Shown piece after piece: positions 19,808-29,800 of a stretch of 64,000 bases of DNA. Numbering within the stretch: the stretch's first letter is position 1; each line of letters starts with the position of its first letter. The DNA comes from a virus (taxonomy: Duplodnaviria > Heunggongvirae > Uroviricota > Caudoviricetes), in the IMG/VR virus record IMGVR_UViG_3300037088_000797, positions 64,001 through 128,000 of that record; one strand, 5' to 3'. Below the pieces are notes generated by a model. It searched no databases. It saw nothing but the letters and a program-made list of their open reading frames with translations, and had not been told where the DNA came from. Both the position numbers and the translations under genes were made by a program.

Positions 19808-20785
19808 TTAAGTTCTCACGTTCTGCATTTCGATTGCTTCGAATTTTAATACTTCGTGAGTATCATTATAATTTATTCTTTTTATGTATTTAATTATACC
19901 ATAGCCAATTATCGTGCCATAATCGTCACGAAGATAAACTTCTTTGATGTTAATTAATTGTTTGAAAATATCACTATCATCAACACAATCATTTGTCCTG
20001 AATTTTAATGGGATAAGAAACTCTAATTGACGATATTCAAATCCAATTTTTTTAACATGTAGAAATTCAGTAAGTTGTTCAATTTTATTAAGAGTGTTTT
20101 CGTCTTCCCTGACAACTTTAATTGGAAAGTTGAATGTCTTCGACTTTTCTGCAATATCTTTTACTTCATATTCATCTTCATCGACATAACCAGTGATATT
20201 TTCAACTTCAGAAGTTTCAGTTTTTGTGATACTTGAAACAACGGGTACTGTCCTCACCTTATTAGTTTTCTTTATCAAGTTTAACATTTTTTCCAATCCA
20301 ACTTCAATTGGTTTATTATTAAAAATATGAAGTAATTCATAGTCGTCATCCTTAAGTCTTCTTTCTTCGAATTCTTCAACCAGTACTTCACCAATTGTTT
20401 TACCAGCGTGTTTGTGCTTGTCATCATAGAAGCCGAAGTGTTCATACCTTCTGCCATACTGATCTTTTTGACCATATGATGCACCGTGTCTGTCGGCTGC
20501 AAGAGCCATTTGACGTGGAGTTGCATTACGTATGAACAAATCTGCCTTTTTTAGTATTTCATAGTATTGTTGAACATATTTTTCATCGGTTTTTCCAGCA
20601 TAAAATTTTTCAAGAGTCTGATTCCTGTGAAGCATTCTCTGAACCTTCTTGTCACCTTCTCTTATAACATTTGGGTCTGCTTGTGCATCTACTTCTGCTC
20701 GATAGAGCATAATACCAACGTTTAATAAGATAATGTGTATCTTAAGAAATATCCAATAATATATGTTTCTGAAAAAATTAAACAT
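19808..20785 (-). CDS. hypothetical protein with N-terminal hydrophobic segment
   Basis: Likely ATG at 20785 (MFNFFRNIYYWIFLKIHIILLNVGIMLY); the track uses TTG 20812. Confidence 0.6.
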   Translation of the reverse strand: MFNFFRNIYYWIFLKIHIILLNVGIMLYRAEVDAQADPNVIREGDKKVQRMLHRNQTLEKFYAGKTDEKYVQQYYEILKKADLFIRNATPRQMALAADRHGASYGQKDQYGRRYEHFGFYDDKHKHAGKTIGEVLVEEFEERRLKDDDYELLHIFNNKPIEVGLEKMLNLIKKTNKVRTVPVVSSITKTETSEVENITGYVDEDEYEVKDIAEKSKTFNFPIKVVREDENTLNKIEQLTEFLHVKKIGFEYRQLEFLIPLKFRTNDCVDDSDIFKQLINIKEVYLRDDYGTIIGYGIIKYIKRINYNDTHEVLKFEAIEMQNVRT

Positions 20786-21203
20786 TAACCAATACTTTCT
20801 TTTTTGTTTCAAGTTCTCTTATTTCATCCTGAAGTCTTCTTCTTTCAATTTTCAAGTCAGAAATTTTTTCTTTTAATGTTTCGGCTTTAGTCTGAAGTCC
20901 ATTGTTGTATTTTTCAACCAATTTTCTGAATTCAGAATATAACTCCTGAAAATATGATTCCTGCCATCTTTTCAACTGATCTTTATCTCTACCCAACATT
21001 CTTTTATTAAGAATGACAGATTTGGTGATTGCTTCAACAAGTTCATTGTTTTTTCTTTTGTCTTTCTTGCTATCAATCTTACTAACTCTACTTTTTGGAT
21101 TGTATTGATCAACTCTTGTACCAAATACTTTTTTTACTTTAGAGTGTATTTTCTTCTCTTTTTTTGCTTGTTTTTTCACAAGCTGTTTAAATGTTTTTTT
21201 CAT
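20778..21203 (-). CDS. hypothetical basic coiled-coil protein
   Basis: 141-aa K/R-rich ORF in operon context. Confidence 0.55.
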   Translation of the reverse strand: MKKTFKQLVKKQAKKEKKIHSKVKKVFGTRVDQYNPKSRVSKIDSKKDKRKNNELVEAITKSVILNKRMLGRDKDQLKRWQESYFQELYSEFRKLVEKYNNGLQTKAETLKEKISDLKIERRRLQDEIRELETKKKVLVNV

Positions 21204-21213
21204 GTTTTTAAAT

Positions 21214-22596
21214 TTAAGATACCGCTAATGTTTTAGCAACTGCTGCTTTATAAAAGTCAGCACGTTTTTTTGTAACCGTTGCCAAGTTATACTCAATATT
21301 GAAATCTTCATATAGCTGTTCGCCAAGTTGTTTACGTAGATCAGCATCTAATATGAGTCTCTTGAGATATTTTTGCCAATATTTTCTGGCATTTTTTTCT
21401 GTCGGAATAAGAACACAATTCTCCATGTGTTTTCCGTGTACATTATATGGTGGCATATCTGAACAAACAATTGGAAGTTTTCTTGTCCAGCATTCTACCT
21501 GTTTCAAATTCGATTTCATCCTGTTGAATGGATTATCAGCAAGCGGAGCAATAACTATATCGGTTTCATCCAATACTTTAGCGTATGCATTTGCTTTTTC
21601 AGTCCAACGTCTACCATAATTAAATTCGTTTTCATATTTGACGTTTCTTTCATAATTAGTAAGCCATTGAAGATAATCAGGATTGCTAATCATATGATGT
21701 CTATCTGTTAAAATATTTTCATATATAAGATAAACACTCTCCATTGATTTAATGTCTCTTTGTTTCTGGTCAAATACTTTTCCTCTGTATTTTTCTCTTA
21801 TTTCTGGTGGCAATTTAGGTATCTGATCTACATCACCCCTTGATCTGTTAATTGCTTTAACTGTCTGTGGTGTCCATAGACCTTTCTTTTGAAGCAAATC
21901 ACCAAACTCCTGATTAAAAGTAATATCAGTTGTGCTACCTTCAGTATCCCAACCAGCAAGAATTACTTTAAATTTATCATGTAATTGAGGGTCATTATAA
22001 AGTACGTTGAATACTCCATCAAGTTGTTCTACGTCACCCATGTGAGAAGACCCAGCCATATATGTGATTCTTACAAGTCCGTCTGGGTCTGGTTTCCTGT
22101 TATCCTGAAATTGTTTCATCATTGCAGGGTCAATTGAGTTGTAAAACACTCCGACATTATCCTTGCCAGTTACTTTACGAATTTCACTTGCAAATAAATC
22201 CGTTGTAGTTGTAACGTAGTCTGCAATCTTAAGGTTCTCCAGAATTGGAATATGCATTTTCTTTTCAAGATTCAAAGAATAGAACGGATGTTTTCTATGT
22301 AACTGCCAGAAGTCATCAATATCTACCATTAATATCACACCTGATTTTCTTAATTCAGTAGCCAGTTTTAACATTTCTTTAGTTTCACCTAAAAATTGAC
22401 GGTGATAATGGATAATATGAAAAGTTTTTAAATAGTCAACATACTTTGGGTCATTAAAGTCTATTTGTGGATTTATTTCAACATAAAATTCGTCTGAATG
22501 ATTTTTATCGAGTTCCATTGCTGGTGTTAATGTTCTGAAGTAGTTTACCCCTGCTGAGTCTAAGTTGTAGAATAAAATTCTAATCTTTCCGTCCAT
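21214..22596 (-). CDS. GT-B fold glycosyltransferase (GT4-like)
   Basis: RILFY.LDSAGVNYFR..TP; VDIDDFW; IADYVTTTT..FA; DIVIAPL..N.FN..KSNLK..E; G.NC.L. Start moved to MDGKIR (22596) because a terminator and late motif lie at 22635-22713. Confidence 0.75.
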   Translation of the reverse strand: MDGKIRILFYNLDSAGVNYFRTLTPAMELDKNHSDEFYVEINPQIDFNDPKYVDYLKTFHIIHYHRQFLGETKEMLKLATELRKSGVILMVDIDDFWQLHRKHPFYSLNLEKKMHIPILENLKIADYVTTTTDLFASEIRKVTGKDNVGVFYNSIDPAMMKQFQDNRKPDPDGLVRITYMAGSSHMGDVEQLDGVFNVLYNDPQLHDKFKVILAGWDTEGSTTDITFNQEFGDLLQKKGLWTPQTVKAINRSRGDVDQIPKLPPEIREKYRGKVFDQKQRDIKSMESVYLIYENILTDRHHMISNPDYLQWLTNYERNVKYENEFNYGRRWTEKANAYAKVLDETDIVIAPLADNPFNRMKSNLKQVECWTRKLPIVCSDMPPYNVHGKHMENCVLIPTEKNARKYWQKYLKRLILDADLRKQLGEQLYEDFNIEYNLATVTKKRADFYKAAVAKTLAVS

Positions 22597-22684
22597 ATTG
22601 TGTTTATAAATTATTATAAAATTATGTAATTTATTATAAATAGTCAAATGTAATAGAAAAGCATCAAACATGCCAGAGATTTTT

Positions 22685-22713
22685 AAAAAAAATGCCAACA
22701 AAATGTTGGCATT
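22685..22713 (-). terminator. intrinsic terminator
   Basis: 10-bp stem aatgccaaca/tgttggcatt followed by U8 on the minus strand. Confidence 0.7.
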
Positions 22714-22739
22714 ATTATAATCTCAATAAAGAAAATTAA

Positions 22740-23087
22740 TTATTCTTTTTTCTTTCTACTCGATTTTCTTGCAGTTTCTTCTGCATTAACCTCTTCACCT
22801 ACTGTCACTTCTGCAAGTACTGGAGCAGCAACTTTAGGTTTTCTTTCATTTCTTATGCTTTCAAGTTCGCTTTGACTAACTTCAACAACACTAACTAAAT
22901 TTTTTATTCTTAGTTTGTGTACTGAAAGTGGCAAATCAGCAACGGTAAGATAAAGACTTTTACCCGGATTTACGATAACTGTCTTTTTCATCATATTGTC
23001 AACATATTCAATGCTTATTGGAGAATTGAATTTAAAATCACGCTTTCCTGCGGTATCTGTTACGTTTGTAATTTTGTATGTGTTCAT
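22740..23087 (-). CDS. small hypothetical protein
   Basis: 115-aa ORF, 7 nt after the upstream stop, followed by a terminator. Confidence 0.6.
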   Translation of the reverse strand: MNTYKITNVTDTAGKRDFKFNSPISIEYVDNMMKKTVIVNPGKSLYLTVADLPLSVHKLRIKNLVSVVEVSQSELESIRNERKPKVAAPVLAEVTVGEEVNAEETARKSSRKKKE

Positions 23088-23094
23088 AGTCTTT

Positions 23095-23952
23095 TTATTT
23101 TAGTCCTTGTATTAATGTATCACCATATTTAATACCATCATATCCTAACTTCATTGCCTTTTCAGCAATGGCTTTGTTTTTAAGATTAATTGATGGCATA
23201 TCATATTGTTCACTTATTTTTTCAAAATTTATGTGCGGAAACCAAATTTTCGCCATTATATCGAGTGGTTCTTGACCGTCTTTATACGTAACACCCATCG
23301 AGTGCAGATCAAGGAGATTGTCGAATTCGATTTCATACTTATCAAAACCTTCAACGGGTTTTAACATGAAAAAATTTCCAACCACTGAATTTTCTTTTAT
23401 TGGTTCTTTTCTGTAACCAATGACAGTTTTATTATTTGTACCAGTATCACCAGAAGGCTTAAGTGCTAAATTATCTTCTTCAAGTGTGTTAAGAAATTGA
23501 TTTTCATCACCACCATAATAATTTATTGTATCCTGCATTTCAACTTCTTCCAAACCACGAGATTGCTCATATTCGTAAATGTCTTGTATTTTATTTAACA
23601 TTCTACAAGCATCTTTTTCATTCATTGCAAGTTTTACTGCTTTAAGTGGTACATTATCAATTAATGCTTTTAAATATCTGTGATGACCGTCACAAATATT
23701 CATTTTTTCTCCCGCAATCCAAATTGGATTAGTGTCATCAATATTAACTTTTTCTACTTCATCAGAAAATGTAACGCCTTGTGAAACATTTATATCGTCA
23801 TCTTCTTTAGGATTAAGCTCTATTAATTCATATTCAATACCTTCTTCATCAAGTTTCTGAAGTACAGTTTCATAAGGCATTGAAATTTGTGGAAGATATG
23901 ATGGCTTATATTTCATTGTTATCATAATACTGATTGATTTTTTAATTCGCAA
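23095..23952 (-). CDS. ParB/Sulfiredoxin-like domain protein plus a second unknown domain (start uncertain)
   Basis: NPIWIAGEKMNICDGHHRYLKALID..PLKAV ParB/Srx signature; C-terminal KLGYDGIKYGD. Confidence 0.6.
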   Translation of the reverse strand: MRIKKSISIMITMKYKPSYLPQISMPYETVLQKLDEEGIEYELIELNPKEDDDINVSQGVTFSDEVEKVNIDDTNPIWIAGEKMNICDGHHRYLKALIDNVPLKAVKLAMNEKDACRMLNKIQDIYEYEQSRGLEEVEMQDTINYYGGDENQFLNTLEEDNLALKPSGDTGTNNKTVIGYRKEPIKENSVVGNFFMLKPVEGFDKYEIEFDNLLDLHSMGVTYKDGQEPLDIMAKIWFPHINFEKISEQYDMPSINLKNKAIAEKAMKLGYDGIKYGDTLIQGLK

Positions 23953-24659
23953 AATAATGCTTCCTCAAAATATTTATCTACTGAATATGGTATTTTAATT
24001 AATTTAAATCCATTATTTACGGCATATTTTATTTTAATGAAATCATATTTTTTTCTTAATAATAATGAATCTTTGCCACCAAAAAAAGGTATTACTTTAT
24101 TGTGTTGTATACCATCATATTCAATAAGTATTTTATGGTCTGGTAAATAAAAATCATAAAATAATGGTTTTGAATCACCAACTAATTCTTTGAATGTTAT
24201 TTCTCGTTCAAAATTAATGTTATTATTCAATAAAAATTTGGCAACTTTTCTCTCACCTAATGATTCACGACATAAGCGACATCCATTTCCATTTAAATGA
24301 GAATGTGGTGTTTGTTGAAATTTACCATGTTTTTTGCAAATAACAATAATTTTATTTTCATATCCATCATATTTAACTAATGAATAATCATATGTGTTAC
24401 TATGTATTTTATTTGCTTTTTCAATAAATTCTTCATTTGTGAATCTATTTTCTTTCGAAGTTTTTTCGTATTGGCACATTTTACAACCATATCCTGTCAA
24501 ATGATCATTTGGTCTCTGTAAAAATTCACCATGTTTAGGACAAATAATTACCACTTTTGATTTACTATGAATGTAGTCAACATTAGAATAATCATATTTA
24601 TCACCATGTTTTTTTTGTGCATTGATGACAAAATTTTTTTTATTTGAACTTATTCCCAT
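23922..24659 (-). CDS. free-standing endonuclease: Zn-binding CPKHG repeats + Vsr/DUF559-like PD-(D/E)XK domain
   Basis: Two YDYS.V.Y......V.IIC.KHG.F.Q.P..HL.G.GC..C repeats; LFYDFYLPDHKILIEYDGIQH. Confidence 0.75.
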   Translation of the reverse strand: MGISSNKKNFVINAQKKHGDKYDYSNVDYIHSKSKVVIICPKHGEFLQRPNDHLTGYGCKMCQYEKTSKENRFTNEEFIEKANKIHSNTYDYSLVKYDGYENKIIVICKKHGKFQQTPHSHLNGNGCRLCRESLGERKVAKFLLNNNINFEREITFKELVGDSKPLFYDFYLPDHKILIEYDGIQHNKVIPFFGGKDSLLLRKKYDFIKIKYAVNNGFKLIKIPYSVDKYFEEALFCELKNQSVL

Positions 24660-24677
24660 TAATTGTGATAATTTTAC

Positions 24678-24686
24678 TATAAATAC
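24678..24686 (-). promoter_or_regulatory. putative late promoter motif GTATTTATA
   Basis: 19 nt upstream of ATG 24659. Confidence 0.55.
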
Positions 24687-24692
24687 AGTACT

Positions 24693-25886
24693 TTAAATTT
24701 TTTGAAATGGTATTGTTTTTCTACCTGCCATTTTATAAGCATAGTATCTATGATATCCATCCTTAAGTAAATTATTCTTATCTAAAACAACTGGTGGTAA
24801 TTCACTTCCTGTTTTTAATTTCTTGATCATTGTTTCCACTCTTAATTTATCTAAAGGTATTTTACCACTATTATGAACACTAATTATTTCGTTGGGATTA
24901 TTGGTGTCTACCAATATAAGTTCACCATTTATCTTAATGTTATTTATATCAATATTTTGTATTGAATTTTGAATTTCTTCATTAATGTTTTGTTTTATTT
25001 CTTTGTCGATAAAATCCCAATTATTCAATGGAATCCAACCGTATTTTGTATTAATTTCCAGTTCATCTACTGGTATTTCTCTGGTTGTTACCCATTCATA
25101 TGAATCATTTTTCTTATATTTGGGTGACAATTGAAAATCATCTGTCTTTTTTGTTCTAAGTACAATACCTCTGGCTGACCCACCTTTCATATCAGCATAA
25201 TATTTTGCGACATTAGGTTTACCAGTAAATGAAATATATGGTTCATTATTATTTGCTGCATTGATCTTCATACTACCAGTACGTTGTATGTAATACCCAG
25301 CACCATCATATGTGCCATGATAAACATAATTATCTTCAGCAATAAAGTTTTGAATTTCTTCAGCAACTATATTGGTGACTTCATCCAATGTCAACTCACC
25401 CTTATTTGCAATATAAATATTGAATTTAATACCTTCTGGTAATGAATTTCTTATGCCTTCGTATGTGGTAATATCAGTATCCCTGTCATCATAAACGTTA
25501 ATCTCTCTTAGGTCTGGTAATTTAGTTGCATAATCAAGAATTTTTTGACCCTTATTTCTTGCACCACGTTGCATATCAAGTTTATCAACTTTAATATGGT
25601 TAACATCCAGTACTGCTTGTACTAAGGGACGTAATTTTTCTTGTCGTGAGGTTAATACAATAGTATATGTGGCAGGTGTTGAAACATCTTTATTTAAAAT
25701 GCTTAATACCTTTGGAAATGGTTTAATGTCGAAAACATCTAAATCCAAACTTTCGGGTCTACCCCACCAGCCTTGATATTTAAATGGCACACCCTTCTTG
25801 TATGACCAGAAACGTTGTCCTGTTTCTTTCTCAGGAGTATTAATAAGTGTTGCATCAAAATCAAATGCGCATAATCTTGTTATCAT
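24693..25886 (-). CDS. three-domain protein: HAD phosphatase (Swiss-Army-Knife RNA-repair type) + ADP-ribosyltransferase-like + ParB/Srx
   Basis: CAFDFDATL..TP...GWWGRPESL...VLTSR...INVYDDR (HAD); YVYHGT...ISFT..PNVAKYYA...GIVL...EWV (ART fold); LPPVVLDKNNLLKDGYHRYYAY (ParB/Srx). Confidence 0.7.
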   Translation of the reverse strand: MITRLCAFDFDATLINTPEKETGQRFWSYKKGVPFKYQGWWGRPESLDLDVFDIKPFPKVLSILNKDVSTPATYTIVLTSRQEKLRPLVQAVLDVNHIKVDKLDMQRGARNKGQKILDYATKLPDLREINVYDDRDTDITTYEGIRNSLPEGIKFNIYIANKGELTLDEVTNIVAEEIQNFIAEDNYVYHGTYDGAGYYIQRTGSMKINAANNNEPYISFTGKPNVAKYYADMKGGSARGIVLRTKKTDDFQLSPKYKKNDSYEWVTTREIPVDELEINTKYGWIPLNNWDFIDKEIKQNINEEIQNSIQNIDINNIKINGELILVDTNNPNEIISVHNSGKIPLDKLRVETMIKKLKTGSELPPVVLDKNNLLKDGYHRYYAYKMAGRKTIPFQKI

Positions 25887-25909
25887 TATTCGTCTATTTT
25901 GTTTTTCTT

Positions 25910-26419
25910 CTAACTTTTTGTAAAATTATCATAATACATTACTTCATCTTCTTTTATCATTGTAACCCAACCATCTTTTTTATCAACTTTATGATGAATG
26001 TACTTAACTAAAACATCATGTCCCACAAGATGTGCTTTTTTTGGTGTATCGTCACCATCACCAGTAAAATGCGCTCTTCCGTATTCAAAATGTTGTTCAA
26101 GAAAACGATATATTTCAAGTGGAGTAATCCATATATATCTATATCCTGTGATAAACACCCAATATTTTGCTTTAGTCACTGATAATGCGGATAATTTACC
26201 GTTCATTTCAACCTCAATCACCAAATTACCAGTATGTTTTGATTTGTAATCATTTTTAACTTCAACACCAGCATTTATTTCTGGTATAAAAATATCCCAA
26301 TCACTATTTGCTTTACCTATATCATCAATATATGACTTAGGATACTTGTGCTGTAAAATTTTCAATATTTCTTCTTCTCCAATATTACCAGCTTTTTTTG
26401 ATTCTTTATATTCGCTCAT
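25910..26419 (-). CDS. PD-(D/E)XK restriction-endonuclease-like protein
   Basis: GNIGEEEI...DWDIFI...GVEVKND...TGNLVIE. Confidence 0.65.
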   Translation of the reverse strand: MSEYKESKKAGNIGEEEILKILQHKYPKSYIDDIGKANSDWDIFIPEINAGVEVKNDYKSKHTGNLVIEVEMNGKLSALSVTKAKYWVFITGYRYIWITPLEIYRFLEQHFEYGRAHFTGDGDDTPKKAHLVGHDVLVKYIHHKVDKKDGWVTMIKEDEVMYYDNFTKS

Positions 26420-26426
26420 ATTTCAG

Positions 26427-26810
26427 TTAATTATATTCTACTTCAGTTACTTTTCCTGTTAATGATAATGGTCTTCTAATTTTTTCCCAATTTTTCAAAT
26501 TATTTGACATCATTGGCTTACCACCATTTGCTCTATTTACTGCAAGTGTTACATGTGCTTTTGGATTAAGTGTTTTAAAGCCAGATACTCCAACTGCAAT
26601 CACTTTATCATCCATTGCAATGTCTTCAACTGCCAGTCTTACTGGTAATCCAAGATATTTTTGATAATCTGGGTCGATTTCACCTGTATTAATAGTCATG
26701 TGATGCGCAATAATCTCCCAGCCTTCAGGTATTACGTTTTTAAATCTGTTAATTAATCTTTTTCTTGATTGTTCATCAAGTACAACAGCACTATATGAAA
26801 TGTTGTCCAT
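26427..26810 (-). CDS. 2H phosphoesterase, fungal tRNA-ligase CPDase-like (2',3'-cyclic phosphodiesterase)
   Basis: YSAVVLD...AHHMTI and AHVTLAV (two HxT motifs), ending GGKP..SN.L. Confidence 0.75.
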   Translation of the reverse strand: MDNISYSAVVLDEQSRKRLINRFKNVIPEGWEIIAHHMTINTGEIDPDYQKYLGLPVRLAVEDIAMDDKVIAVGVSGFKTLNPKAHVTLAVNRANGGKPMMSNNLKNWEKIRRPLSLTGKVTEVEYN

Positions 26811-26812
26811 GT

Positions 26813-29800
26813 TTATTCGTTTAATAGTTCTCTGTCAGTTAATGCCCAGAGTAATTCTTTTTTAAGATGTTCATCGTGTGTAAGGTCTTCATAATTATTC
26901 TGAAAAAATTCAAGAACACTTGCAGTTGAAGGGTCTTTATAACCATCTTGATTCCATATATCGTATTTTTCAACAAAGAATGGTATTCCTACTTCTTGTC
27001 CGTTTATATTCCAGATATCTTTTTTTTCAGGTTCTAATGTATCATATGAAAATTCTTTTAACAAACCATCATCATTAAGATTTAATATCTCACCATCTTT
27101 ACCTCTGCGACCTTTCCACGTATAAACCAATTCATCACCCTTCAATATTCTTTCTTTTTCAAATGGTTTAATGTACTTTTTACCTTCACCTTTTTTAACG
27201 TATGCAATTGTAATGTGTGCGTGGTAGTCAGGAAACTTAGTGGTATTTGGCAGTTCTCTCATAATACCATTAACCTTTGCAAGTAAATCTGAATTAACGT
27301 CAAATTTAACCACATCAAAATCGGGGTTTTCAAACACTGAAATACCAGATATTTTAACTTCAATTGGTTTCAACGGCATCTTTGATTTGTATAATTCAAA
27401 TACCTGTTCTGGTGTAACTTCATCATGAAATCCATATAATATTGTAAGATGTGGTTCTTTTTCAACACCATAGTCATCGCCCTTTATGTAAAGATCGTCC
27501 AAATCAACAACTGATGTGATCTTGCTCCAAATAGGTACTTCGAGAAATAACATAAGACAACCATACTCAATTCTTTCGGATGTTTCTTCTTTAATTTCTT
27601 TTGCATTTGCAAATCCAACAGTATTTCTTGCATTTTGTAATGCATCATATTTTTCTATTGTCGTTAATCTTACGTGTGAACCATTAATTGGATGATTGTA
27701 ATCCACCCTGCCATTATCAATAAATTCTACAAGTTGTTCTTCAGTCATATTTGTTGTCCAAATATCGCCTCTAAATTTATTATCCAAGGGACGCATTTCA
27801 ATTAAATATGTATTTGTTTCTTTATCAAAAACAATATTATTCAATACAACCATCATCATACCGCTTGGACTACCAAAATATAATTTTCGATTACTATATT
27901 TTCTCCAACCTAAACCTTCAGCGTGTTCTTCTTTAATCATCGGCTTTTCTTGCTTTGCCAAAGATAGTAAATCTTCTTTATTATTCATAGCATTATTTGA
28001 ATAAACCTTTAATAACAATGATTTTTGCATATCACCAATTGCTTTGCCCTGTAAACCAAGTTGCATTAAGTCATTGCCATTTATTGCTAATTCATTGACA
28101 CTCTTTGGATATTTGCCTTGCAGTAGTTCTTGTGCTGCAGTTTTAATAACATTAGGTAATATCTGGCTCTGTAATGATGTAGGAGATATTACGTACATGT
28201 TATGAGCAACTGAACGTGCTTCAACTAAATTAGTTGCTTCTCTGCTTTCAAATGCTATTTGAAGTGCCTTAATTTCTCTATAAGCATTTTCATCACCCTT
28301 TAAATTAGTTTTATAAAACTCTGCTGGGTCGTTAACAAGATTTTTACTTAATAAATAAACAAATTCGCCTATTGTTCTTACTTTATCGAAAGGTTCTTTT
28401 GTGTTTCTGAAGTCATAATATAATCCTTTGCCGAATATTTCTTTAAGTAAACCAGTTTCGTCAAGTAATATTGCACCTGTCAAAATATTGCCCTTTTTGA
28501 CAATTTTATCAAATTCTGTCAAAATTCTTTCGGGAGCAATTTCTTTAACTCTTTCAGCATTTTCCTGAATCATTTTCATTGTTTCTGGTTCAATAGTAAA
28601 ACCGAAACGACTTGCAAACTGTACAGCACGCAACATTCTAAGTGGGTCATCACTGAATGCCTGTGGATTAACAACCTTGATGACCTTATTCTTTAAGTCT
28701 TCCTGACCACCGAAAGGGTCAACTATATTACCATCAATATCTTTTGCAATTGCATTAATCGTAAAGTCCCTACGTTCCAAATCCTTTTCTATTGGCAATG
28801 CATGATCAGACTTAACATCAAATCCCTGATGACCACCTTCACCTGTTGGTGTTTCAGTACGTGGGATTGCAATATCAATATCTTCAGTTGCTCCTTTTGG
28901 TTTGAATTTAAGCACACCGAATGATTTACCAACAGCATTCACAGCACCATACTTACCAAGAATCTGTTCGAGTTGTTCAAATGGTATGCCTGTAATAAGA
29001 ATATCCAAGTCTTTGGATTCTTTGCCAAGAATTTCATCCCTGACAGCACCGCCAACTGAATATATTTTACCACCTGCTTCTTCAACATCTTCTCTGAATG
29101 GAAGATAGTTTAATCCCATTATTTGCCCCTCATATATCATTTTGCGCATTCTTTTGTTTGAGTATAAAAAATTATCCAAATCTTCTTTATCGGTAGGTAA
29201 TTGAAAATTCTGATGTTTACTATGTTCTTCATCACCAATATCGGTATAAATATATGATTCTCCCCCTAATGAACTTGAATAAGCATCAAGCAATACTTCT
29301 TTCAGTCTTTCTTCAGTTGGTGCATGAATATCTAATATATTTCCAATCTCTCCCTTATTAAATATTATTCTTGTATAACCATCATTATATGCCCTGTTGT
29401 ATATTTCATTTTGACTTTTTATGTCTGGATATAATCGCACTAAATAAGCCAAATGTACATCAGATTCAATAAATTTATTGTCAGGTGTTATCCAACCAGT
29501 ATGATCATAATTAGGAACTCTGATATTCCCTTCTGTTAATACCTCATTTATAGATTCATTTGCTGGTTCATGTTTTTGTTTACTCTTTTCTGGTTTGAAA
29601 GTTTTTACAAATGTATCATAAATTTTCTCAGCAATAGCACGATTTGCTCCATTTGGTATGTTTTTTCTGAACATCATTTCAATTTTGTTCGCAATCTCGT
29701 GAGCGTCATCATATTCATAACCATAATGTCTTATAATAAAACTTTCTGTTCTTTCATGTAATAGTATTGCTTCAAAGTCTGCTGGTTTGATCATAAACAC

